From an uncultured Planctomycetota bacterium (GTDB lineage: Bacteria; Planctomycetota; PLA2; JAEUHO01), in NCBI GenBank assembly GCA_963802335.1, contig CAWDIE010000008.1:436601-500600 (forward strand): a DNA stretch of 64,000 bases, in the 5' to 3' direction. The translations under genes and the position numbers were made by a program. How positions within the stretch are numbered: position 1 is the first letter of the stretch; each line of letters begins with the position of its first letter. This document shows positions 16,952-26,517 of the stretch, in pieces. The notes under the pieces are model-generated. The model was not told where the DNA came from and ran no database searches. It worked only from the letters and a program-made list of their open reading frames with translations.

Positions 16952-18451
16952 ATGCGGATCCACCAGGTCCTGGGCTTGGCTGTGCTCGTGGCGCTCGTCA
17001 TGAGTGCCGGGCCAGCCGAAGCGGACGAGGGATTGCCCCGGGCGGGCGAGGCCAAAGCACGGCTGGAAGAGGCCTACGACCTCGGGGCGGACGATGCGAT
17101 CGTCGAGGCGATCCAGTACGCCGAGGGCGTGCCCGATCCAGAGGTGATCAAGCTCGTCGCTCGTGGCCTGCGCATCGAGAACATGGCCGTCATCGAGGCC
17201 ACGCTGCTCGCGTTGGGGGCCACGCGCCACCCCGCGGCTCTGAAGGAACTCCACGACGTCTACCGACGGGTGCGCAAGCGGAATCTCGACGGCTACGAAC
17301 ACCTGTTCGCCCTCCTGCTGAAGGAGATGGGGCGACACGGGGACCCCAGCTCCGTCGAGTGGCTCAGCGACTCCCTGTTCAACAATCTCACGTTCGAGGT
17401 CCTGACCGCGCGCTTCATGGGGCTGGGTAACATCCGCACCCCCGAGGCCGTCGAAGCGCTCGTGATGGCCTCGCGCAAGGCCGGCGGGCGGGGAGCCACC
17501 GGGGCGGCCCCGCGGTGGCGCGGCCGTGTCGGTGAGTTGTTCCGCGTCGCCATGGCGACGCTGACCGGGCACGACGAGGGCCTCGTCACGGCGGACTGGG
17601 ATCGCTGGTGGCGCGACCACCGGAAGGGCCTCGTGATCGACCCCGTCCGGCCGCCGGTGCCCGAGACCGTGTCGTCCGCCTTCGAGAGCTACTGGGGCGT
17701 CCCGTACTACGAGCCCGGGGATGAGCCCGCGCCGCCCACGCTACGACCTCCGTTCGAAGTGATCGCCGACCCGACCAAGGACCAGGTCGCCGCCGCGGTG
17801 GAGGATCTTCGCCTCGCGTTCAACTCGAAGGACGAGGCCCGGATCGTCGCCGCCGTGCAGGCGAACGCCCCCATCCTCGACAAGCGCGTCGTGCACGAGA
17901 TCGCTCGTGGGGCGCGGTCCAGGTCGCACTACGTACGGCTGATCTCGATCCAGACGCTCGGATGGACCAAGTACAAGGCCGCGCTCAAGCAACTCCACCG
18001 GATCCTCCGCCGCGAGAAGAAGCTCCACAAGACGGACGAGGTGGTGTTCGCCGAGCTCCTCAAAGCGATTGGCCGCCATGGGGACCCCTCCTCGGTGGCC
18101 GTATTGACCAAGAGCCCGTTCAAGGGACTCACGCTGGCCTCGGGCCGGGCGCGCATCCTGGGCTTGGCCAACATCCGGACCAACGAATCGCTCGAGGAGT
18201 TGGTGAAGGGCACGCAGCTGGCCGGCGGCTCGGTGCCCCGCTCTTGGCGGCCCATGGGGCAGAAGCGATTCACACGCGAGTTCCTGCTCGCGTTGCGGAT
18301 TCTGACCGGCCTCGAGATGCCCGGCAATCTGGAGATGTGGCGCCAGTGGTATCGCAAGAACAAGAAGAGCTTTGACGTATCCGCCGTGCGGCCCGCCATC
18401 TCGCCCGAAGAGCAGACATGGTGGGAAGACTACTGGAACGAGCCGTACTAG
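16952..18451 (+). CDS. Secreted HEAT/ARM-repeat protein with an internal two-fold duplication
   Basis: ORF 16934..18451; ATG 16952 gives the signal peptide MRIHQVLGLAVLVALVMSAGPAEA. The two halves align by eye (GRHGDPSSVEWL / GRHGDPSSVAVL; GLGNIRTPEAVEALV / GLANIRTNESLEELV; DWDRWWRDHRKGLVIDPVRP / EMWRQWYRKNKKSFDVSAVRP; YWGVPYYEP / YWNEPY). Confidence 0.7.
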   Translation: MRIHQVLGLAVLVALVMSAGPAEADEGLPRAGEAKARLEEAYDLGADDAIVEAIQYAEGVPDPEVIKLVARGLRIENMAVIEATLLALGATRHPAALKELHDVYRRVRKRNLDGYEHLFALLLKEMGRHGDPSSVEWLSDSLFNNLTFEVLTARFMGLGNIRTPEAVEALVMASRKAGGRGATGAAPRWRGRVGELFRVAMATLTGHDEGLVTADWDRWWRDHRKGLVIDPVRPPVPETVSSAFESYWGVPYYEPGDEPAPPTLRPPFEVIADPTKDQVAAAVEDLRLAFNSKDEARIVAAVQANAPILDKRVVHEIARGARSRSHYVRLISIQTLGWTKYKAALKQLHRILRREKKLHKTDEVVFAELLKAIGRHGDPSSVAVLTKSPFKGLTLASGRARILGLANIRTNESLEELVKGTQLAGGSVPRSWRPMGQKRFTREFLLALRILTGLEMPGNLEMWRQWYRKNKKSFDVSAVRPAISPEEQTWWEDYWNEPY

Positions 18452-18467
18452 GCCGAGGAGCAGACGG

Positions 18468-19247
18468 ATGACCACTCCCCTTTCGCGCCCGGTGCTCGCC
18501 GCCTTCTTCGTCGCGGCCTGCCTCACCCTACTCACGGCTTGCTGCCGGCCCTGTTGCCCTCCGCCGATCCCGCTCGCCGACCAGGTCGTCACGCGGGGGC
18601 GCGTGGACCGTGCCGCCACCAGCGGCGCGCCCGTGGCCACCGCCATGACCACGCCCGCGGGGGCAACCCTGCCGGGGGGGCCGGAAACCTCGTCTTTCCT
18701 GGCCGCGTATACGGGGGCCCGTGCGCTCCGCGCCAACCCCAACAACGCGGGGTCCTTCATCTGGGTGAAGCCGGGGTTGGATCTGAGGATCTACGACCAG
18801 CTCATGATCGACGCGGTGCAGATCGTTCCGGGTCCAGGCTCGGACCTCGCGAATCTCGCGCCGGAGCTGAAGACACGGGCGACCGACACGTTCCACCAGA
18901 TCATGGTGGAGACGGTGGAGCCCTACTACGACCTGGTGGACACGCCCGGCGAGCACGTGCTTCGCGTGCGCCTCGCCCTGACCGACCTCGTTCCCCAAGG
19001 GGAGACGCTGGACGGAACGCCGACCGAGAATGTGGGGGCGGCGGCCCTGGAGGGTGAGCTCGTCGACGGCCTCACAGGGGAACGGCTGCTCGCGTTCGTC
19101 GATCGCGTCGAGGGGAGTACCCGAGGCGAGGCGGTGGAGGAGAAGTGGCGTCCCGCCGAGGGCGCACTCCGCGAGTGGGCCGATGCCTTGCTCGACTTCC
19201 TCGACCACTGGGAGGAGAGGCTGGCCACCGGGCAGGTCGGGCGCTAG
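18468..19247 (+). CDS. Lipoprotein, DUF3313-like
   Basis: Inner part of ORF 18372..19247 from ATG 18468: MTTPLSRPVLAAFFVAACLTLLTAC (lipobox LLTAC). SSFLAAYTGARALR...WVKPGLDLRIYDQLMIDAV resembles DUF3313 lipoproteins (recollection only). Confidence 0.65.
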   Translation: MTTPLSRPVLAAFFVAACLTLLTACCRPCCPPPIPLADQVVTRGRVDRAATSGAPVATAMTTPAGATLPGGPETSSFLAAYTGARALRANPNNAGSFIWVKPGLDLRIYDQLMIDAVQIVPGPGSDLANLAPELKTRATDTFHQIMVETVEPYYDLVDTPGEHVLRVRLALTDLVPQGETLDGTPTENVGAAALEGELVDGLTGERLLAFVDRVEGSTRGEAVEEKWRPAEGALREWADALLDFLDHWEERLATGQVGR

Positions 19248-19306
19248 CGAACGGCAAGGCAGCGGCGCAGCCCGAGGCCTCGACAGGGCCGCGCTCGGTG
19301 GGGGGG

Positions 19307-19324
19307 GTGGGGGAGCGCCCCCAC
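19307..19324. terminator. GC hairpin GTGGGGG-agcg-CCCCCAC between convergent genes
   Basis: 7-bp stem with a tetraloop, in the 93-nt gap between the DUF3313 gene (+) and the 19341..20300 gene (-). No U-tract. Confidence 0.3.
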
Positions 19325-19340
19325 GCCCGCCTGTGAACGG

Positions 19341-20300
19341 CTAACCCCAGTCCGCGTAGATGGCCGCCTTGAGCGCCTCGTAGGCGCGCAGCTCGGAGGC
19401 GTGCGCCTCCCGGAGGCACTCGATCGCCTTCCGGCGCCGGTCCGGGTCGGCCGTCTCCTCCTCCTCGGGGAAGGGGAAGAGCTCCGCCACGCAGCGCATC
19501 GCCGTTTCGACGTCCGCGTAGATGGCGGCGGCACGACGAAGCGGGGCGCGGACCTTCTTCTGACGCGCTGCGACGCGCTCGAGCCAGGCCCTCGCGTACC
19601 CCTTGGCCTCGGCCCAGCACTGCGCGTTGTAGGCATTGCCGAAGCCCACCGCCTGGTCGGCCTCCAGTGCCTCGATCCAGGTGCCGTAGCTCTCCAGCCC
19701 GAACCCGTACTCGCGGAACACCGAGGGGCGGCCGAGCAGGGACACGGCGTTGCCTACAGCGTAGCGGTCCGCGAGAACATCGCGCTCTCGCACCTCCGTC
19801 GGGGTCGGGAAGGCCATGACGTACGGCCCGCCAGGCGCCTCGAGCGCGTCGTAGGCGATCGGCTCCTCAGCCTGGCCCAGCAACTGCCGGAAGCTCTTCA
19901 CCTTGTAGCGTCCGTCCCGCACGCCCGTCACGACCGCGAACTCGGGGACATAGGCGCCCCAGATCACGCAGGGGCGTCCGTCCATCACTTCCTGGGTGAC
20001 CAACTCGTAGGCAACCCGGCAGTGGTTGCGCGTCCGGTCCGCCGAGCGATCGCGATCGTGGCAGTCGCTCGAGCCGAACACGATCGTGCTGCGCCCCAAC
20101 AGGTGAACCCCGTGGTCCAGCATGCCCCAATCGAACATGGTCGGTGCGCTGGGGCAGAGCTGCCGGTGGACGGTCATCACGAACGCGTAGCCCGTTTGCC
20201 CGGCAACGTCGATCTGGTCGCAGTCGACGTCCAGCGCTTCGAGGCAGCTCGTCGTCGCGGCTACCCAGGTCAGCCAGGATCCACGCCACGTCACGGGCAT
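19341..20300 (-). CDS. Hypothetical cytosolic protein (possibly BtrH_N / papain-like fold; unverified)
   Basis: Inner part of ORF 19341..20519. Start set at ATG 20300 (MPVTWRGSW...) because a GGAGG (20306..20310 on the minus strand) precedes it by 5 nt. Alternative start ATG 20333. No confident family. Confidence 0.6.
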   Translation of the reverse strand: MPVTWRGSWLTWVAATTSCLEALDVDCDQIDVAGQTGYAFVMTVHRQLCPSAPTMFDWGMLDHGVHLLGRSTIVFGSSDCHDRDRSADRTRNHCRVAYELVTQEVMDGRPCVIWGAYVPEFAVVTGVRDGRYKVKSFRQLLGQAEEPIAYDALEAPGGPYVMAFPTPTEVRERDVLADRYAVGNAVSLLGRPSVFREYGFGLESYGTWIEALEADQAVGFGNAYNAQCWAEAKGYARAWLERVAARQKKVRAPLRRAAAIYADVETAMRCVAELFPFPEEEETADPDRRRKAIECLREAHASELRAYEALKAAIYADWG

Positions 20301-20605
20301 GGGAACCTCCGCCTTGGTGCTTACATGCTCCATCCCTGGTCGGCGCGACCTCCTCTCGCACGCGGAGCATACGGACGAGGAAAGGGGCGGGCGGCGAACT
20401 GCGGTGATTCCGTCGAGGGCGGGGAGGCGCAGGGGCGACGCGGCAACCGCGACCCCCGGCCGCCTGTCATCCTGTGTGGTATCTCGCGACGGCCCCGCTT
20501 CGCCGGAAGCATGCGTCACCTAGGCCATGGACCCACACCGTCACCGCATTCATCCTCCGGCCGCATGTCTCGTTTCCGCGACATGGGTCGTGTGACGACA
20601 GAGCG

Positions 20606-21628
20606 TCAGGCCTCCTCGGTCGCGGCCAGCTTCTGCTCCAGCCTCTTCATCCGCTTCAGCAACGCAGGCATCTTCGGCTGGGAGACGAGCCATTGGCGGA
20701 ACGTGCGTATGTCCATCAGCGGCGTGCCCCCGTATGCCCCGGGCTTCTTGACGTCCCAGGCAAGCCCGCTCTGGGCGGCGATCTGGACATCGTCTCCGAT
20801 TTCGCAGTGGCCTCCGACGCCCACCTGACCCGCAAGCACCGATCGCGAGCCCACCGTCGAGGAGCCTGCGAGGCCGACTTGGCCACACAACAGCGTGTCC
20901 TGGCCGATGTGGCAGCCGTGACCGACTTGCGCGAGGTTGTCCACCTTGGTGCCGCGCCCGATGGTCGTCGTGCCCACCGTCGCTCGATCGACGCATGCGT
21001 TCGCCTGGATCTCCGCGTCGTCGTCGATGATGACGGTGCCGGCCTGCGGGATCTTGAAGAGCGAACGATCGGCCTGCGGAGCAAACCCGAACCCGTCGGC
21101 ACCCAGGACGGCGCCGTTCTGCACGATGACACCTGCGCCCACCCGCACATGCTCCCGAACCACACAGAAACTGTGCAGCTCGGACGCGGGGCCGATCTCG
21201 GCTCCTTCATAGACCACGACGTGGGGATGGATGATGGCGCCGTCTCCGATCCGGACCCGGTCGCCGAGGACCACGTAGGCTCCGATCGCGACGTCATCCC
21301 CGATCGCCGCACCCTCACCGAGAATGGCTGTCGGATGCACGCCGCGCGGTGGGCGGGGATACGTGTGGAACTGCGTCAAGGCCTTCGCGAACGCCAGGTA
21401 GGGGTCGGCGACGCGGAGCAAGGGTGTTGCGACGTCTTCCTGGAACGCGGGGCCGACGAGTACGGCGCCGGCCTTGCTCTCCCGTAGACCTCGCACGTAC
21501 TTCGAGTTGGCGAGGAAGGTCACGTCGTGAGGCCCCGCATCCTCGATCGTTGCCAACGAGCGCACTTCGAAGTCCAATTGCTCGTCCACGTCGGCACCAA
21601 GCAGGCGGGCCAACTCCTGGATGTGCAT
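20606..21628 (-). CDS. lpxD: UDP-3-O-acylglucosamine N-acyltransferase
   Basis: ORF 20606..21628, 340 aa. N-terminal MHIQELARLLGA...LATIEDAGPHDVTFLANSKY, followed by a long left-handed beta-helix of hexapeptide repeats (IGDDV/IGAYV/IGDGA...) and a C-terminal helix. Confidence 0.92.
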   Translation of the reverse strand: MHIQELARLLGADVDEQLDFEVRSLATIEDAGPHDVTFLANSKYVRGLRESKAGAVLVGPAFQEDVATPLLRVADPYLAFAKALTQFHTYPRPPRGVHPTAILGEGAAIGDDVAIGAYVVLGDRVRIGDGAIIHPHVVVYEGAEIGPASELHSFCVVREHVRVGAGVIVQNGAVLGADGFGFAPQADRSLFKIPQAGTVIIDDDAEIQANACVDRATVGTTTIGRGTKVDNLAQVGHGCHIGQDTLLCGQVGLAGSSTVGSRSVLAGQVGVGGHCEIGDDVQIAAQSGLAWDVKKPGAYGGTPLMDIRTFRQWLVSQPKMPALLKRMKRLEQKLAATEEA

Positions 21629-21744
21629 CGCGATCCTCCTCCGCGTCGAGGGCGCATCCTACCGGCGGTGCCAAGGCCGGCCCTCGTGCGTCACGGCGCT
21701 CGACAGGCCTGCGGATCCGGCTGACAGCCTGCTACCCTGCAGCG

Positions 21745-22362
21745 GTGATCGAGGAGCAGGACCCGCCCCCGGCCCCGCTGGACCCGCCTTCGGGGGTGGC
21801 CGCGCCCTCGCGGGATCCCTGGTGGCTCGTGCGCATCGCCGCTGCCGTGTACGGCGCGATCGCGCTCTTCGCGCTCGGGTACGCGTTCCTGCAGGATCAA
21901 CTCCATACCGTCTTCGGTGCGGCGTGGCCCACGGGTCCCCAGTGGCTCGCCGGACTTGGCGTCGGGCTCGCGCTCGTGCTTCTCTCCCGCATCGCGGCGC
22001 AGCTCTGGCCGCCCATGACACGCCTGGTCGATGGGCTGACGGAAGCCGTGGGCCCGATCGAGGTCCTGCCTGCCCTCGCGCTCGCCCTGCTCTCCGGTGT
22101 CGCTGAGGAGATCTTGTTCCGCGGCGCGCTGTGGCCCGGGCTCGGTCTGATCGGTACCACCATCCTGTTCGGGATGGTGCACGTCTGGCCCAGTCGCGTG
22201 TTCTGGGTGTACCCCCTCTTCGCCATGGTGGCCGGTCTCCTCTTCGGGCTGCTGCGGGAGGGAACGGACAGCCTCTGGCCGTGCGTGGCCGCGCACGTGA
22301 CCGTGAACGCGCTCAATCTGATCTGGCTCGGCCGGCGTGCCCGTCGCCAGGCCGAGGTGTAG
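21745..22362 (+). CDS. CPBP-family intramembrane glutamic protease (CAAX protease-like)
   Basis: Inner part of ORF 21349..22362 from in-frame GTG 21745. Motifs SGVAEEILFRGALW (EExxxR), FGMVH and AHVTVN (HxxxN) are the three CPBP signature blocks. Confidence 0.8.
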   Translation: MIEEQDPPPAPLDPPSGVAAPSRDPWWLVRIAAAVYGAIALFALGYAFLQDQLHTVFGAAWPTGPQWLAGLGVGLALVLLSRIAAQLWPPMTRLVDGLTEAVGPIEVLPALALALLSGVAEEILFRGALWPGLGLIGTTILFGMVHVWPSRVFWVYPLFAMVAGLLFGLLREGTDSLWPCVAAHVTVNALNLIWLGRRARRQAEV

Positions 22363-22368
22363 CCGGCC

Positions 22369-23730
22369 GTGTCCCGACCCAGGCCTGGGTTGCGCGACCA
22401 CCTCCACGTCGCGTCGGTTCTCGTATCGACCCTCTTGGGCATCGTTCCTTTCCTCGCGTGGGGATTTCTCGCGCCGGTCTTGAAACCCTGGGTCACGCGA
22501 CGCCTGCGTCGCGGCCTCGAGGAAGCGACGCCCCCGTTGGATGAACCGCCCGCTCCCGATGCCGAGGCATGGGAGGGCCGCACCGTATTCGTCGTGGCCG
22601 GAGAACCGTCAGGCGACCAGCTGGCAGCCCACGTCGTTGCGGCGATGAAGAAGCGGTGTCCCGGCGTCCGCGTCCGCGGCTATGCGGGGGCGCGCACCGC
22701 GGCCGCCGGGGCGCTCCTCGATCGAGACATCCTCGAGCACGCGGTGTTCGGCGTCCTCCCCGTCATCCGCTCACTGCCGACCTGGTGGAGGATCATGGCC
22801 GACATCTTCGCGCTGGTTCGAGAGGATCCGCCGGACGTCTTCCTCACGGTCGACTTCCCGGGCCTCAACGGACGGCTGGCCCGCGGGGCTCGGCGACGAG
22901 GCATACCGGCGGTGCATCTCGTCCCACCGTCAGCGTGGGCGTACGCGCCTTGGCGCCTGCTCCGGTGGCGTCGCGCCGTGAGCCGCTTCCTCGCGGTGTT
23001 CCCGTTCGAGCCCAAGGTCTTCGAGAGCAGCCGCATCCCTTGCACCTACGTCGGGCACCCGTCGTTCGAGGCGCCTCTGGCTCCGCCCCGGACGCCGACG
23101 TCCTGGCCGGGTGACGATCGCCCGTGGATCGAGCTTCTCCCCGGTAGCCGACGCCAGGAGATCCGGGCGCACGCTCCCCTCCTGCTCGATGCCGCCACGC
23201 GGGTGGAGGCCGCGCTCCCCGGCGCCCGGTTTCGGGTGCGCCTCGCCGCCGCCGAGCACGGTGCCCTGTTCGAGCAGGCCTCGGCGCATGGGCAGCGGCG
23301 ACCGACGACCCTCGACGTCGCTCACGGTCCCCCCACGCCCGAGGATGCGCAGCCTCTCCTGGGTGCCATCGCGTGTTCGGGGACGGTGACCGCGGAACTG
23401 GGCGCGGCGCTCGTGCCCATGGCCATCGTGTACCGGATCGGGTGGGGGGCACGTCTCGTCGCGTGGGTCATCCTGACCACGCCCTGGATCGGCCTGGTGA
23501 ACCTCATCGCCGGCCGGGAGGTCGCGCCGGAGCGCCTCCAGACCCGGGCCGACGGGGCGTGGGTTGCTCAGGCCTTTCTCGGCGTCGCGGGTACGGCCGC
23601 CACCTGGGGCGCTACGCGTGCCATGCTCGCCTCCAACGTGCGCGAGACCCTCGAGACCCACGACGTCGCCGACCGTGCCGCGCGCGCCGTCTTCGCGGCC
23701 GCCGGGCGCCCCGCTCCGCGTCCTCGCTGA
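22369..23730 (+). CDS. lpxB: Lipid-A-disaccharide synthase with an about 70-aa N-terminal TM extension
   Basis: ORF 22369..23730 (GTG start). The canonical LpxB N-terminus VFVVAGEPSGDQLAAHVV begins only at about residue 73, then VDFPGLNGRLAR, FPFEPKVFE, CTYVGHP. The extension contains VASVLVSTLLGIVPFLAWGFLAPVL. Confidence 0.88.
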   Translation: MSRPRPGLRDHLHVASVLVSTLLGIVPFLAWGFLAPVLKPWVTRRLRRGLEEATPPLDEPPAPDAEAWEGRTVFVVAGEPSGDQLAAHVVAAMKKRCPGVRVRGYAGARTAAAGALLDRDILEHAVFGVLPVIRSLPTWWRIMADIFALVREDPPDVFLTVDFPGLNGRLARGARRRGIPAVHLVPPSAWAYAPWRLLRWRRAVSRFLAVFPFEPKVFESSRIPCTYVGHPSFEAPLAPPRTPTSWPGDDRPWIELLPGSRRQEIRAHAPLLLDAATRVEAALPGARFRVRLAAAEHGALFEQASAHGQRRPTTLDVAHGPPTPEDAQPLLGAIACSGTVTAELGAALVPMAIVYRIGWGARLVAWVILTTPWIGLVNLIAGREVAPERLQTRADGAWVAQAFLGVAGTAATWGATRAMLASNVRETLETHDVADRAARAVFAAAGRPAPRPR

Positions 23731-23746
23731 CGCGTCGCGGCGAGGG

Positions 23747-26479
23747 CTACGCCACCCCGCCGGCCTGCGCGCGTAGCCAGGTGCCCGTCGGGGACGCTTC
23801 GACGGCGAGGAGGCCCGCCGGTGGCCCGGCGTAGAGGAGCCGGCCCCCGTCCTCACCGGGCCCCGGGCCCAACTCGACCACGTGGTCGGCGCGACGCAGC
23901 AGGAGGGGGTGATGCTCCACGCAGACCACCGTGTTCCCGGCCGCCGCCAAGCGTTCGAGCACGCCGGCCAGATGGCGCACGTCCAACGGATGCAGGCCCG
24001 CCGAGGGCTCGTCGAGCAGATAGAGCGTCTGCCGCGGTCGTCCCCGACCCAGGGCGGCGGCGAGCCGAAGACGCAGGGCTTCACCTCCGCTCAGGCGACT
24101 CGTCGACTCGCCCAGCGGAATGTAGCCGAGCCCCACGTCCGTGGCCGCCTGCAGTGCGCGCGCCACCGGGGCGAAGTCGCGGAACACCGTGGTCGCGTCC
24201 TCCAGCGGGAGGGCGGCGATCTCGGCGATCGACATGCCCTTCACGCGGACCTCGAGCGTGTCGTTGGCGAAGCCCGAACCGCGGCATGCGTCGCAGCGCA
24301 CGGACACGGCGGCCAGGTCGCGCAAGGCGACCCGGAGGCGACCCGTTCCCGCACACGCTTCGCACCGCCCGCCCTTCACGTGACGGCTGAAACGAGCGGG
24401 CGACCAGCCTCGGGCGCGCGCTTCGAGCGTGGCGGAGAAGATCGCGCGGAGCTTGGCGTCGACGCCCAGCACCGTGGCCGGCGTGGCGCGAGGGTGGCGG
24501 GGGACGCGGCCGCGCGCGACGCTCACCCGCTCGATGCCTTCGGCGCCTTCCACGCGGCGCAGGCGGTCCTTGGGGAAGGCCGCCTCGCCCAGGGCGGATC
24601 GGATGGCGGGTGCGATGACCTCGAGGACGAGCGTGCTCTTGCCCGCACCGCTCACGCCGGTCACGCACGTGAGTGCCCGGTGGGGGATGTCCACGTCGAT
24701 GGCTCGCAGTGTCCGCCAGGAGGCGCCGCGGAATCGCAGACGGTCTGCGTCTTCACGGACGTCGGCCTGTAGCGGCGGGAGGGGCGCGGCCAACGCCTGG
24801 GCCAACGGGCACGACCCTTGCGCCAGGACCGACGACGCCTCGTCGGCACACACGACGACGCCGCCCCGACGGCCGGCTCCTTCGCCTAGCTCGACGACGT
24901 AGTCGGCATGCTCGAGCATCTCCGCGTCGTGTTCCACGCACACGACCGTGTTGCCTTCCTCCACCAAGGCGCGCAGCCGGCGACGCAGCCGCGGTCGCTC
25001 CGCGGGGTGCAGACCGGCGGTGGGCTCGTCGAGGAGGAACAGGAGGCCGCTCATGCGCGCCGCACATGCCGCGGCCAGGCGACTCCGGCGGAGCTCGCCC
25101 CCGGAGAGCGTGTTCGCGCGTCGATCCAGAGACAGATAGCCCAAGCCGACCTGATCCAGGAACGTCAAGCGAGCCCGCGCGTCGTGCAAGGCGGGAGCGG
25201 CCAGCTGCGCGTCGCGAGGCGGGAGGGTCAGGGCGTCGAGCCACGCACCCAGATCGGCGACCGACAGTGCCTCGAGGTCGGCCAGCCCTCGGCCCTCGAC
25301 CACCGCCGCCGCCGGGTACGGGGCCAGGCGCCGGCCCCCGCACGCCGGGCACGGTCGCGGGGTGGCCAGCCGCGACCAGGACCCCTTACGTTCCAGCGCG
25401 TGCAGCAGACCGGATCCGCGGGCCGAGCCATCCAGCCACGCGCGACGCGCGGGCTCCGGCAAGGCGCTGATCCGCGCGCGCGTCTCGAGACCGTGTTTCG
25501 GCGCGATCCTCCGTACCGCCTGACGGAGCGCCTTGCGTCCCGCTGCATCGAGGTGTCGGTCGAGGTGCGACGCGACTCGGTCGAGGCGCGTCCGTCGCGG
25601 CAGCACACGCTCCGGGTCCAGGTGCGGCACCTCGCCGCGGCCTTCGCAGGTGGGGCATGCGCCCTTCGGCGAGTCGAACGAGAAGAGGGCGGTCGAGAGC
25701 GGCGGCCACGTGGAGTGGCAAGATGGGCAGTACGGGCGTTCCGCGAAGGTGATCGACTCGGATGCGCCATCGGGCATCGTGACGACCGCAAGCAGCAGGC
25801 CTCCTCCCAGCCCGAGGCCCTGCTCGACGGAGGTCGCGAAGCGCTCGGCGGCACCCTCCTTCACCACCAGGCGATCGACCACGACGGAGATAGACGCGTC
25901 GTCATCCAGCGAGTCGGGCTCGACCTCCTCGACACGGTGGATGGGACCCTCGCCGGCACGGGCGCGCACGAAGCCCTCACGCTGCGCCGCCACCCATCCG
26001 GCGGCGCCGCGGCCGCGCGTGGCGAGCAAGACGACGCGGGTGCGCTCCGGTCGTGACAGGAGCTCCGCCGTCACGGCCTCGCGCGTGCGAGCGACCACGC
26101 TGCTGCCACACGCCGGGCAGTGGGGGAGGGCCACGCGCGCGAAGAGCGCTCTCAGCGCCGGCGTGACTTCCGTGAGCGTGCCCAGCGTCACACGGGACGA
26201 GGGCGTGCGTGCCAGGAAGCCTGCGGTGACCGCGGGCGGCAAGCCGTCGATCGTGTCCACGTCGGGACGCGCCGTCGCCTCGAACTGTGCGCCGCCGCGC
26301 TCCAGCGTGCCGAGAAACCGGCGCCGCGCTTCGACGCCGAGCGTGTCCAGCACGAGGGACGACTTCCCGGAGCCCGACACGCCGCACACCACCGTGAGCG
26401 CCCCACGCGGAAGGTCCACGTCGATGTCCTTCAGATTGTGCGTGCGAGCGCCGCGGACGCGGATCAGGGGCGTCGTCAT
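23747..26479 (-). CDS. Divergent UvrA-family ABC ATPase (UvrA paralog)
   Basis: Inner part of ORF 23747..26617 from ATG 26479 (MTTPLIRVRGARTHNLKDIDVDLPRGALTVVCGVSGSGKSSL). Two Walker A motifs (GVSGSGKSS, GVSGAGKST). Two LSGGE signatures. Several CxxC zinc modules. It lacks the highly conserved canonical block YAEGQRRYVESLSAYARQF. Confidence 0.85.
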   Translation of the reverse strand: MTTPLIRVRGARTHNLKDIDVDLPRGALTVVCGVSGSGKSSLVLDTLGVEARRRFLGTLERGGAQFEATARPDVDTIDGLPPAVTAGFLARTPSSRVTLGTLTEVTPALRALFARVALPHCPACGSSVVARTREAVTAELLSRPERTRVVLLATRGRGAAGWVAAQREGFVRARAGEGPIHRVEEVEPDSLDDDASISVVVDRLVVKEGAAERFATSVEQGLGLGGGLLLAVVTMPDGASESITFAERPYCPSCHSTWPPLSTALFSFDSPKGACPTCEGRGEVPHLDPERVLPRRTRLDRVASHLDRHLDAAGRKALRQAVRRIAPKHGLETRARISALPEPARRAWLDGSARGSGLLHALERKGSWSRLATPRPCPACGGRRLAPYPAAAVVEGRGLADLEALSVADLGAWLDALTLPPRDAQLAAPALHDARARLTFLDQVGLGYLSLDRRANTLSGGELRRSRLAAACAARMSGLLFLLDEPTAGLHPAERPRLRRRLRALVEEGNTVVCVEHDAEMLEHADYVVELGEGAGRRGGVVVCADEASSVLAQGSCPLAQALAAPLPPLQADVREDADRLRFRGASWRTLRAIDVDIPHRALTCVTGVSGAGKSTLVLEVIAPAIRSALGEAAFPKDRLRRVEGAEGIERVSVARGRVPRHPRATPATVLGVDAKLRAIFSATLEARARGWSPARFSRHVKGGRCEACAGTGRLRVALRDLAAVSVRCDACRGSGFANDTLEVRVKGMSIAEIAALPLEDATTVFRDFAPVARALQAATDVGLGYIPLGESTSRLSGGEALRLRLAAALGRGRPRQTLYLLDEPSAGLHPLDVRHLAGVLERLAAAGNTVVCVEHHPLLLRRADHVVELGPGPGEDGGRLLYAGPPAGLLAVEASPTGTWLRAQAGGVA

Positions 26480-26497
26480 GGCCGCAGTATCCCCCCA

Positions 26498-26517
26498 GCC
26501 CGGATGATTCATGAAGC
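26498..26517 (-). repeat. Dispersed repeat copy 2 (minus orientation): GCTTCATGAATCATCCGGGC
   Basis: Reverse complement of gcccggatgattcatgaagc. 19/20 identical to copy 1. Ends 18 nt upstream of the uvrA-like ATG (26479). Confidence 0.7.

Noticed and set aside
17403-17419. Additional partial matches to the dispersed repeat inside coding regions, for example cgcgcgcttcatgg at 17403..17419 in the HEAT gene and gcttcatga at about 781.
   Set aside because: These are short (9-14 nt) GC-rich matches within well-supported reading frames (for example coding ARFMG). They lack the ATCATCCRGGC tail, so chance similarity is likely.
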